DNA of 64,000 nucleotides, taken from the sequence record OQ708376.1, one strand, 5' to 3'. Under the pieces are notes generated by a model. That model had not been told where the DNA came from. It did no database searches and worked only from the letters and a program-made list of their open reading frames with translations. This DNA is from Escherichia phage vB_EcoM_CRJP21. A program made the position numbers and the translations under genes. Shown one piece after another: positions 40,344 through 50,394 of this stretch. Within the stretch, counting starts at the first letter, position 1, and each line of letters begins with the position of its first letter.

Positions 40344-43300
40344 TTACTTAACTAATAATATATTTTTAATATCATTACCACTAACTTGTAGACTATCAGT
40401 GTATACTGAAAGATCTATAGTGTAACTATTTTGTGTGTAACGTTTTAACATATCATAATTACCTAAATTAATTCCATTGAAAGAATATGTAGTATTAAGT
40501 TTAAAATCATGTTCTGCACTATACATTACACCACGGAGTAAATTATTTGCATTTCTAACTTCAACTTTTTCATATCCAATCGATATAATATCATTCATGT
40601 TTGCGGCTGAACCGGATAAAACATTATTTCTAATACTATAAGGACTTATTGATTTAGGTTGAGAAACATAGGTTGTATTTTCTTCACTAATGGTTGTGAT
40701 GTTAGTAACAGTACCACCAACAACACCGATATACATACCGTCAACCATTGGGAATCCATAAACCCATATCCCTTCATTATTTCTAAACGGTTGAATAACA
40801 CTTGAATCATATTCGATAACGTTGATTTCTAAACTATCAGTCATTTTAGTTCTTGCCAATTCACTAAGAACTCCCGCACCCGTAATTGGTAAGTTATAAC
40901 CGTTATCGATAGTAATTCCATCAACATCAAATATTTCATTAGAGATTATCCAAACGTCAACGTCATCTGGTGTTATTCCGTCATTGTACTTACCACCATT
41001 TAAAGTAGTATCGTAGAAAACATCATAATTAATTACATCAATGGTGTAATTTCTATTTTGTTCATACAATTTAATACCATTCTTGACAAATTCAGGGTCA
41101 GCAAATGTTCTAACACGAACAATGTTCAATGCTAGAGGCTGTACTGGCTCATTTTGTTGTGCAAGAGTGATGTTATCATAACGGAGAACTGCACCAGTAC
41201 TCTCATCAATCAATTCAATCGTTTCCTTACCTGTATTTCTTACAGTGAATAGGATCGGAGTTGTATTGTTTTTGATGTTAGATACACGCAAGATTGTTTC
41301 CCATGTGTGATTTTGATATCTCACAAAATCTTCACCATCAGGAGTGAAAATCATCACCTTATCACCATCAGATAGGTCATTGTCAACTATTTCTGCTTCA
41401 GTTAAGCTATTAATAGATCTCACACGATAGAAATATTTTTCATCAAACTTCGATGTTGTTTTATTAATATCATTTTCAATCTTAGCATATGAAGGAATAC
41501 TTACAATTGCTTCTGTATGTTTATATGGATTGATAATTGCCATACCTTCAGTTTGATATCTGCTGTTATCACGTAATTGTACAAGAGATACATTGTCAAA
41601 CCCATATCCATCAACTGTAAATCTAATTTGACCTACATCACGCCCAGAAGGGTTTATGTCAGATATATCCACAATATAAGGATCAACTTCATCATCTTTA
41701 ACTTCCCATTTTATTGAAGAAGTTTGAGATTCCAATGCTAGGTTATCAAATGCATTCATATCATTGAAGTACTTAGCTTCAGTAATACTATCAAGTATAT
41801 ATTGATAATCAGAATACATTGGATTATTTTGATCTAGTGGTAAATCATCAAGATTTATTTCAGCTAGTTCAACCATTTCACCATTTGTGATAAAATAATC
41901 TTCCATGAAATCATCAATACTTTGTTCATCAGGTATACTTTGATATACACCGTTAACATTTAAGTAAACATATTTTCGTGGAATCATTGTAATTGCATAG
42001 ATATCAATTGGGGTCTTACTAAGAATCTCTTCAGCTTTTTCGTACTTATCAGTAGCGTCTTTGTCGAATAACCCTCTCATACCTGCTAATACGTGAATAG
42101 CATCAGTATAGAAACGGGTATCACCACCTACTTCATCATAACGATAAACATATACACCATACTCAACTTCAAGTTTAACTTTTACTTCATAGTCTGATGC
42201 GTCAGGATTTTTATCTTTAATTAATGAAATGTATTTTTGATACAATTCACTGCTTATTTCAAAATATCCATAGTTATAATCATTACTAGAAGAAAAGCCT
42301 AATGGAAGTCTAGTACTAGGATTGTCATTATAAGTAAGTCCACTAAATCCACATCCAACTTCATCGTGAATTTTCTCATCACTTATATCTTTATAAAGTT
42401 TCAAACGGTTTGCCAATGTGTTATACTGAACATATTGTCTAAGGTCAGTAAACATATCGTTATGCGTTGATTCTTTATAAACACGTTCCAATGTAGCAGT
42501 GAATTCATCAGTTGCTTCTAAATCTTCCGCATGGTCTTTATACCACTGGTTAACGCCATATGCTGTTCCTAGTGTTACATCCAATTCTGGATAGTAGATT
42601 TGCATTTGATAAGCAATAAGAAGATCGAAAGTTTCTTCACTATATTCTGGGAAAGAATATATATAACGTTGTAATTCATAGTTACTAACAGCATCCTTTT
42701 CATTGGATTGATATTTGTTATTAACACTTACTAATTCATTTATGCTTGCCAAATCTTCATTTGGTTTACACTGAATATTATCATAATGCATAATAATATC
42801 AATTTCTTGGAATCTTCTATTTGGTGTAACGAAATCACTTGGTAGTGAACCTACCTGTTCCCATTTTTGGGTAATTTCATTAAATTGAGCGTACTCATAA
42901 TCCCAAATATCTTTTTCAGTTTTGATCCAAGAACCATCAACGAAAATATATCCATTAGGATCTAAATCATTACATAGACCTTTTATTAAATCATCATCAG
43001 ATGTCTTTTGCTCTATTTGTGAACGAATTTTAGTTCTATAAGGTTTAACTTCTTCAAAATATTCAACAATTTGATTAATCAAATTATCGTTTGAATAGTT
43101 TTGAACTAATGATTGTTCCAAACCAACAATATAGATATATGATGTTTTAAATACCCAATCCACAACACTTTGTTCAACATGTACATATTTGACCATATCA
43201 AAAACAATTTCGCTTTGATGTAAATCGAAAGAATTTTTGAGTAAAGCTAGTGCTTTACGAACGTTGATTTCACGATTGCTTAGTGAACCATTATCATTAT

Positions 43301-46300
43301 GAACACTATAATCTGCGTAAAGCATATCATTGAGTTCAACTGTACTGTTTTCACGACCAATCGCTTTCCAATAAATTGAATCGCGTGATTGTGATTTAAT
43401 ATACAATGTCCAAATGTTTTCACTATCGGTAACTCTGATAATATCGCCAACTTGGTAGTTTTTAGTATTAGCATCTTCTAAGCTTGACTCTTGAGTATAA
43501 GTCGTGTTACTATCATATCCAACATCATACCAATCAGCATATGACCAGTACTGAGTCATGTCTAATGAGGTTCCTAGTGATTCAACATAATCAGATTGTT
43601 TAATCATTTTATGTTGTCCCTCACCTTTGTTTTCTAACGTTATAGTAACAACACTACCCGCGTTTGCTGGACTATTCATTAACTGAATATATCCATTTTC
43701 GTCGAAGTGAATAAAATAAACAGCACTAGAAGTTAATGGATTTGGTAGATATCCACTAGTACTTAAAATAACAGCGTCATTTTCTTTAAATTTATCACTT
43801 TCAACTGCAATAACTAATTCATTATTGTAAGACAACACACGGAAAGAAACTTCATTAGGGTTAACTTCAGTGGTTTTAACATTAAACACATCTTCCATAA
43901 CAACACTATTAGTGGTTATGTTTTGTGACCTATAATAATTATTAGCACTTTCTACAAAGTTTCTACGAGCTTCTATAACATTTTGGAACCAAGTTTTGTT
44001 TGATCCTAAACCGTTATCAACATCTGGATATAATAAATTAATCACAGAACCTGATTCAGTTGTTTCTTGACCAATTAGTGAGTTCCACATTGAATCCCAA
44101 ATTAGTGGGTTAAAGTTATAGCTGTCACCTTCTTTACATAGTTGATACTGGTCATGTTTAACAACTTCAGTACTATCCATGTAATAAGAAACAGTTAAAA
44201 TACTGGTATCATCATTCACTTTAAATTGCATATTACTAAGAATAAACGAGTTTTCATTTATTGGAGCGAACCAAGGAATGTTTAGCTGTGTTGGATCTTT
44301 AATAATACGAGCAATGTCAGTACATGATTTCGTTCTGGTATGTAGTGGTGGTACATAAATTGTATCACGTACCCAGAAATAGTATTTTGTTACATAACTA
44401 TCAGTTGAACTATCATATTCCAAAAATGTACTATAATTATCTTCAAGTGCAGTTCCACTTGGTAGATACATAGTATTATTTTTGTTTTTCTTAGCAACAT
44501 CTTTACAGTATTTGTCCCAGTTATATGGCTCAACTGGTGAACAAACCCACTCTAACACATCAATGGTACTATGTGGTAACAAACGGCCCCAGTTGTAACG
44601 TTTGTATTCATTGGTTGCATCAATATCAACATTACCGTCTGCGTCATAAATTGCACGAGTATAATCCAAATAAAATGCAGTGCTAGTGTTCCACCATACT
44701 TGACCAACTTTATCAGCACCCCAAGCCTGGATTAACTCTCCATTACTATTATACTGTGCAGGATCAACTGGTGAAGTATATGTTACGTTTTGCATAGCCG
44801 CACCTGGAATAACACCATTAATTGGGTCATAAACGTTTAGATATAGCTCAGTAATGTTAGTACGTTCATCATATGTCGTTGGACGATCAAATAAAGTACT
44901 TTGTGGTGCTTTAAAACTATATTTCTTGTCAATGTAAGCTTGACGATCATCAGTACTGGCAAAACGTGATACATAACGATACAAACGTGGACGTGTATCT
45001 GGATCAGTAAATTCAATATCAATAGAAGTGTCAAATGGAACTACCATAACTTTAGGATCAGAACCAGCAGTATAATATTGACTTTCTACTGTTAAAGTAT
45101 CTGGCATAAAGTTAGTTTCATCAACAAAATAATAATAATCACCATCTTCAAGTGGTACATTATCAGTTAAAGTTACTTTACAAAATTGTTCAGCATACAC
45201 ATCGGTATTTTCAATAGGTGTTATAGAAACCATTTGTACATTAGTATCAACCAATTCAAAAATGTTCCACAAACCATTACCGTCTTTAAACATCCACACA
45301 GATTCAGGATTTTCACCTTTACCATTAGTATAAGTTATGCGGTCATTATATGCAGTACTGAAATCTTTTGTTGTGTACGATACTTCATCCAATGTTACTG
45401 GACCAATATCTGGAAGTTGGATGTTTTCACTTCTTCCACTACGCATTGGGAATGAGAACTTACCATTTGGACGTGTAATCCAACGAGGATCTTTACCTTG
45501 CTCACCGAAGTATACAATATGATTACCATTACCATTTGAAGTTGCATTTACATCAAAAGAAACCATTTGAGGTTGTTGTTTAAATTGGTCATTGATTAGT
45601 TTAAATTGAAGGTTTTTCTTACCATCAATATTACCATATGTACCAATTTTAAATGCCCATTCTTGTAATGCTTTATATTCATCAGTGTCATATGATTTAG
45701 AAACACGAAGTACACGTTCTAAAACTTGGTTAGTACCTTTATCGTGAATGAATCCTTTATAGAAATCAACACGACTAACATCACTACTAATCATACGCTG
45801 TAGATAATCACGAGATTGATAACCAATCAAATGGTTTGACAACTCTTGTAATTGTACATCACTTACTGGAGTTTCACTATCATAATAATGTTGGAAATCC
45901 GACACTAATTTTTCAAATGATGGTAGTGTTCCAGCTTCCAAGATAATAAATCCAGGAGCTTGTAGGCGACCAGTCCATGAACCAGTAATATATCCATACA
46001 TTTTAATTAGTTCTTGAATAGAACCATATGTTGGCTGATAAATGTAATCACCAAAAATAGTTTTATCATCAAAAATAACAGCATGTTCATATGAACACAA
46101 ACTTAAACGAATCAATGCAATGCGTTTATTAGATTCTAAAGTTCTAACAGTGAAGATATTTCCAATACGAGAAGTTTCAATTTCATATTGGCGAATACCT
46201 TGGTTATTATCATCAAGTAATGACCATACACCACCATTATTTTGCGTAATAGATTGTACTGAACCAAAGTCTGCCCCAAATTTAGCGTTTGCAGCACTTG

Positions 46301-49300
46301 GGGTACAAGAAATAAATTCACCAGTTACTAGAGAATTCTGACTCCAGATCACGAAATCTTTAGCAATAGTGTTCCAATCTTGTTGAGCACCACTATCATT
46401 TACATCTTCAAAAATCCAACCATGTTCTTTAAGATATTCACCATATCCACAAATAAAAGTATAAACTTCTTGGTAACTATTGAAAACTTTACCATATTCA
46501 ATTGAAGCTTCAGACTTCCATTCATTATAATGAACAACATTACGGTTTTCCAATTTAAGAGTTACTTTTCTACCATTTTTTACTGGAAGTTTATATTTAA
46601 ATTTAGCACCAACTAGATCATATCCATCAATCTGATATGCACTACCATTCCAAGTAATTTTGATCGCACTCATTTGCTCATCACGGATATTATTAGAACG
46701 AACAAGACCAATGGTTTGGTTTTCTTGTGAAATAAGACCGAAAGATTTAGCATTGAATGTTAGCTGATCTGCTTTAGTAAATCCTCCAATTTTATGACCA
46801 ACATTTATATAAGAAGAACGAACTACATCCCCATACTTGGTGGTAATATTTTTATTTTGATACATCAAATGGTCACTTACAAACATTTGATAACCAATTG
46901 TTCTTGTGCTATTTTCACCATGAACTACTGTATTTTTATCAAAATTAATACGCTTACGTGTATCACCATAAAGGAATTGTGAACCATCAGTGAATACTTC
47001 TTTTAAGTTATCGTTGCGGGTATCCCAGAAATAGTTAGCAAATTGTGCTGGTTTAGCTTTATACAAAAGCATCATTTGGTCATATGCAAACAATGTAGTG
47101 TTCATGTATGTAAATTCCATGTCACCCATATCACCATATGTCCAAGGTTCTGCTCTATGATTTAAAGATCCAGACACTAAACCTAAAATTTCAGGTGCAA
47201 TATATTCAACCACACAAATATCAATACCAGAAGATGTTTTATTTCCAGTTTTTGTAATTTTGAATGGCTGTACACCAAATCTTTTATATTTGTCATATTG
47301 ACCACGACGATCACCAAATAAAATAGTTCCAGTACTGCTATCTCCAATAGTTCCGTCAATATCCCAAAGACCACTAGGAACTAAATCACCTTGCTCATTC
47401 ATAACAAGTGCTTCATATACATATACAACATCACTATCACGTTCACCAACTTGAACAGCCGTTGGTTCGTATTCTTGGTTCCACCAAGTTGGACGTTGTG
47501 TAAAGCCAAACATTTCCCACGGATGGGTAGCTGGGCGATATGTACCATATTGGTCAGTGTAAATGGCACGCCATGAACCACGTGCAGGAATTTCAGTACT
47601 TTGACCATTAACTACATAATAAGTGCCAGTATAGTTCCAAGTTCTCCAATTGTTAGGATCATAATCATGTGTACTATTACTGATACCATTAGTTGCGGTG
47701 AAGTTAATGTATCCACGTAGTAATAATGTTTGTTTCTCTTCAGCACTATATTCAGTTTTAGTGAAATATGGTGTAGGGAAAAGGTCATCACTATTCAATA
47801 CTGGTACGTAATCAACATCTTTGAATTTATTATCAATACTATTAAAAATTCTATTTTCTAATTCATATACAACATCATCCATTTTATCAACACCATTGAT
47901 AACACGGTATGCTTTGGAAATAATACCAGTATGACTGATGTTATAACAGCTTGGTTTACTACCAGCAGTGAGGAATGTCGCTTTTTCTGGTACATATGCT
48001 TGAAGAATACCTAAGAACTGTGGTGTTGGTGGTATAAATGCACGAATGAATCCAGAAGTACTTCCAACATTATCATAATAGAATGGGAATGAACTATCAC
48101 GTCCCATATTAATAGTAGTTAAAATTGCATCAACAATGTTTGCAGCACTATTTTGTAAAAAGTCTGATGGATTTTCATCATACATACGAAGCATTTGTGT
48201 ATTAAATTTATTAATGAATCTAAAATATTCAGATTGCATAAACATAGTTGCTTCAAACAAATCAATATCTTCATTTGCAGTATGTGCCATCAATGGAAGC
48301 ATAGATGCTTCATTTTGGATAATTTTAGTACCTACGCCATTATTAACCAATCCTTTAGCCAAACGTTCTTCATAGTCATTGAAATCATCAGAAGAACCAC
48401 GTGTAATGTTCTTTTGAATAATATCCTGAAAATGTAAAGTGTAGTCACCTTGGTTAATGTATATAATATTAGAATTATATGGGTTATTTTGTAGGTTGAT
48501 TGGAACTTCATATGCACCTAATTCTTTATTAGGAGTTACAGTACTGCTATAAGTTCTAATTTGAATAACAGAATCTTCATCCAATTCTACAGTACTATCT
48601 AGAGTGATGCTTTGTACTTGACCTTTTGAAACATTTTTGGTATATTTGGACACATCAACACCATCAACCACAACTTCAATAATATCAGAATCATTATCTA
48701 AAACTTTTTGTGCCAATTCGAATGTATGGTCATATTTTACAATCTGAACACCATCACCAGTAATTGGATGCCAATCTAGATAAGTTTCACGGTCAGCTTT
48801 ATAGTACTGATATGTTCTATCAACTTCAATAACATATGCATACATACCATCAACTGGTTCTTTAAAAACTTCCATATCATAAACAGTACTGAATACACGA
48901 TACATATCAGTACGTTGGACTTGTGGAGTTTGTTTTACAAATTGTTTAGAGTACTCTTCTGAACGAACCCAATCGGTTTGAAGATTCATTTCATTATTTT
49001 CATCAATAATGTTATAATAGTATAAACCATCAATTTCAACTTCTTTTCCAAGATGGTCATAGGTATAACGTTGGGATTGTAAAAAGTTTTCATAAATGTA
49101 ATAATTATAATCACCAAGTTCAATGTTATATCCATATACACTATCAGTTGCATAGTTGTAATTTATTTTAAAACCAAACAACTCTGAACCTTTAAAGTTA
49201 CTTGATGGATATGTAGTACTGTTGTCAAGTTTGATACCATTACGATCATAAAGTTGGAATTTAGGGAATACGTTAACACTAGTTTTTGATTGTGCACGAA

Positions 49301-50315
49301 CCCACAAAGATCCATTCCAGTACATAGAACTATTACCATACTCATTACCTTTAGTGATTAGAACAACATCACCATCTTGAGGTTCACCACTTGGGCGTGA
49401 TTCGGTTTCTTCTTCTGGATCTAGTGCTAAACCATAAACACGAGTACCATCTTGCATTTTTTTCACATATACATTATAAATTCTATTGTTTTCACCATTG
49501 TTACCAATACTGGTGAATAGAATACGCATTCCATCTTGCGGAATAATACCATCAATACGTATACCACTATTAATATCTTTTTGAACGATATCTTCAGGTT
49601 TAATAATATCAGAGAACAGATCAACAGTTCCACGGAATTTTGTACCGTAGTTAATTAGCTCAATATTTTTATTATATTCAATAATTGGTGCACGTGCACG
49701 AATAAAACGTGAATCTTGCATTAATTCTTCAGTTAATATTGAGCCATCTTCTAATGTTTCACCTAAAGTATACCAAAAGTTTTGTAGTGACCATGTATTA
49801 CCATTAAGTGCTCCACGTTCCATTACAATGTAATCAGGTGAAGTAATATTATAAGAGTTTTTAGTATCCCAAAGATATGAGCTAAAATTGTTCATTTTAT
49901 TTGGGTTAATAGCTGGAGTCCATGCATAAAACTTACCGTTGAACAAACGGCTTTCATTATCGGTTAGTGCTCCATAATGATTCATGTATCCAACTAGATC
50001 ATCATAAAATTGAATTGAACGAATTGTCGAATCATCATTTTTTGAGACGTAAGCAGTGGACAACTGATAAAGTTGACGTGCTACAGTACTTTCATGTAAG
50101 AAGATATTACCAGCAGCGGCAGGAGAACCCATATCACCAATATAGCCGTCAACTAATTCGTTTTCAGCCGGATTAAACCATTGTTGAATAACATCATCAC
50201 TGACTTTTTGAATATCTTCTAAGCCTTGCATCCACTCAGGCAATCTTTTAATAAAAAGCTTCTTCTGTACTGCTTCAGCCATCTGTGTAGGTTGAAACTT
50301 AAAATTATTAGTCAT
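40344..50315 (-). CDS. Giant virion-associated structural protein (baseplate/fibre-associated?)
   Basis: 3323 aa from the ATG at 50315 (GGAG RBS; the track ORF starts 10 codons upstream); uninterrupted ORF immediately downstream of the gp6-like and gp25-like genes on the same strand; N/Y/D/T-rich composition without an obvious catalytic motif. Confidence 0.55.
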   Translation of the reverse strand: MTNNFKFQPTQMAEAVQKKLFIKRLPEWMQGLEDIQKVSDDVIQQWFNPAENELVDGYIGDMGSPAAAGNIFLHESTVARQLYQLSTAYVSKNDDSTIRSIQFYDDLVGYMNHYGALTDNESRLFNGKFYAWTPAINPNKMNNFSSYLWDTKNSYNITSPDYIVMERGALNGNTWSLQNFWYTLGETLEDGSILTEELMQDSRFIRARAPIIEYNKNIELINYGTKFRGTVDLFSDIIKPEDIVQKDINSGIRIDGIIPQDGMRILFTSIGNNGENNRIYNVYVKKMQDGTRVYGLALDPEEETESRPSGEPQDGDVVLITKGNEYGNSSMYWNGSLWVRAQSKTSVNVFPKFQLYDRNGIKLDNSTTYPSSNFKGSELFGFKINYNYATDSVYGYNIELGDYNYYIYENFLQSQRYTYDHLGKEVEIDGLYYYNIIDENNEMNLQTDWVRSEEYSKQFVKQTPQVQRTDMYRVFSTVYDMEVFKEPVDGMYAYVIEVDRTYQYYKADRETYLDWHPITGDGVQIVKYDHTFELAQKVLDNDSDIIEVVVDGVDVSKYTKNVSKGQVQSITLDSTVELDEDSVIQIRTYSSTVTPNKELGAYEVPINLQNNPYNSNIIYINQGDYTLHFQDIIQKNITRGSSDDFNDYEERLAKGLVNNGVGTKIIQNEASMLPLMAHTANEDIDLFEATMFMQSEYFRFINKFNTQMLRMYDENPSDFLQNSAANIVDAILTTINMGRDSSFPFYYDNVGSTSGFIRAFIPPTPQFLGILQAYVPEKATFLTAGSKPSCYNISHTGIISKAYRVINGVDKMDDVVYELENRIFNSIDNKFKDVDYVPVLNSDDLFPTPYFTKTEYSAEEKQTLLLRGYINFTATNGISNSTHDYDPNNWRTWNYTGTYYVVNGQSTEIPARGSWRAIYTDQYGTYRPATHPWEMFGFTQRPTWWNQEYEPTAVQVGERDSDVVYVYEALVMNEQGDLVPSGLWDIDGTIGDSSTGTILFGDRRGQYDKYKRFGVQPFKITKTGNKTSSGIDICVVEYIAPEILGLVSGSLNHRAEPWTYGDMGDMEFTYMNTTLFAYDQMMLLYKAKPAQFANYFWDTRNDNLKEVFTDGSQFLYGDTRKRINFDKNTVVHGENSTRTIGYQMFVSDHLMYQNKNITTKYGDVVRSSYINVGHKIGGFTKADQLTFNAKSFGLISQENQTIGLVRSNNIRDEQMSAIKITWNGSAYQIDGYDLVGAKFKYKLPVKNGRKVTLKLENRNVVHYNEWKSEASIEYGKVFNSYQEVYTFICGYGEYLKEHGWIFEDVNDSGAQQDWNTIAKDFVIWSQNSLVTGEFISCTPSAANAKFGADFGSVQSITQNNGGVWSLLDDNNQGIRQYEIETSRIGNIFTVRTLESNKRIALIRLSLCSYEHAVIFDDKTIFGDYIYQPTYGSIQELIKMYGYITGSWTGRLQAPGFIILEAGTLPSFEKLVSDFQHYYDSETPVSDVQLQELSNHLIGYQSRDYLQRMISSDVSRVDFYKGFIHDKGTNQVLERVLRVSKSYDTDEYKALQEWAFKIGTYGNIDGKKNLQFKLINDQFKQQPQMVSFDVNATSNGNGNHIVYFGEQGKDPRWITRPNGKFSFPMRSGRSENIQLPDIGPVTLDEVSYTTKDFSTAYNDRITYTNGKGENPESVWMFKDGNGLWNIFELVDTNVQMVSITPIENTDVYAEQFCKVTLTDNVPLEDGDYYYFVDETNFMPDTLTVESQYYTAGSDPKVMVVPFDTSIDIEFTDPDTRPRLYRYVSRFASTDDRQAYIDKKYSFKAPQSTLFDRPTTYDERTNITELYLNVYDPINGVIPGAAMQNVTYTSPVDPAQYNSNGELIQAWGADKVGQVWWNTSTAFYLDYTRAIYDADGNVDIDATNEYKRYNWGRLLPHSTIDVLEWVCSPVEPYNWDKYCKDVAKKNKNNTMYLPSGTALEDNYSTFLEYDSSTDSYVTKYYFWVRDTIYVPPLHTRTKSCTDIARIIKDPTQLNIPWFAPINENSFILSNMQFKVNDDTSILTVSYYMDSTEVVKHDQYQLCKEGDSYNFNPLIWDSMWNSLIGQETTESGSVINLLYPDVDNGLGSNKTWFQNVIEARRNFVESANNYYRSQNITTNSVVMEDVFNVKTTEVNPNEVSFRVLSYNNELVIAVESDKFKENDAVILSTSGYLPNPLTSSAVYFIHFDENGYIQLMNSPANAGSVVTITLENKGEGQHKMIKQSDYVESLGTSLDMTQYWSYADWYDVGYDSNTTYTQESSLEDANTKNYQVGDIIRVTDSENIWTLYIKSQSRDSIYWKAIGRENSTVELNDMLYADYSVHNDNGSLSNREINVRKALALLKNSFDLHQSEIVFDMVKYVHVEQSVVDWVFKTSYIYIVGLEQSLVQNYSNDNLINQIVEYFEEVKPYRTKIRSQIEQKTSDDDLIKGLCNDLDPNGYIFVDGSWIKTEKDIWDYEYAQFNEITQKWEQVGSLPSDFVTPNRRFQEIDIIMHYDNIQCKPNEDLASINELVSVNNKYQSNEKDAVSNYELQRYIYSFPEYSEETFDLLIAYQMQIYYPELDVTLGTAYGVNQWYKDHAEDLEATDEFTATLERVYKESTHNDMFTDLRQYVQYNTLANRLKLYKDISDEKIHDEVGCGFSGLTYNDNPSTRLPLGFSSSNDYNYGYFEISSELYQKYISLIKDKNPDASDYEVKVKLEVEYGVYVYRYDEVGGDTRFYTDAIHVLAGMRGLFDKDATDKYEKAEEILSKTPIDIYAITMIPRKYVYLNVNGVYQSIPDEQSIDDFMEDYFITNGEMVELAEINLDDLPLDQNNPMYSDYQYILDSITEAKYFNDMNAFDNLALESQTSSIKWEVKDDEVDPYIVDISDINPSGRDVGQIRFTVDGYGFDNVSLVQLRDNSRYQTEGMAIINPYKHTEAIVSIPSYAKIENDINKTTSKFDEKYFYRVRSINSLTEAEIVDNDLSDGDKVMIFTPDGEDFVRYQNHTWETILRVSNIKNNTTPILFTVRNTGKETIELIDESTGAVLRYDNITLAQQNEPVQPLALNIVRVRTFADPEFVKNGIKLYEQNRNYTIDVINYDVFYDTTLNGGKYNDGITPDDVDVWIISNEIFDVDGITIDNGYNLPITGAGVLSELARTKMTDSLEINVIEYDSSVIQPFRNNEGIWVYGFPMVDGMYIGVVGGTVTNITTISEENTTYVSQPKSISPYSIRNNVLSGSAANMNDIISIGYEKVEVRNANNLLRGVMYSAEHDFKLNTTYSFNGINLGNYDMLKRYTQNSYTIDLSVYTDSLQVSGNDIKNILLVK

Positions 50316-50351
50316 TTTTGGACTCCATATAATTCGTTCATTCATTTGATT

Positions 50352-50359
50352 TATTTATG
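50352..50359 (-). promoter_or_regulatory. Possible T4-type late promoter variant (CATAAATA) upstream of the giant gene
   Basis: 7/8 match to TATAAATA on the minus strand, about 37 nt upstream of the start codon at 50315. Confidence 0.3.
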
Positions 50360-50362
50360 ATA

Positions 50363-50392
50363 TAAAAAAGGCGTTCCGAAGAACGCCCGTTA
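50363..50392 (-). terminator. Rho-independent terminator after the gp6-like gene
   Basis: On the minus strand: GGCGTTC-ttcg-GAACGCC followed by TTTTTT. Confidence 0.55.
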
Positions 50393-50394
50393 TA

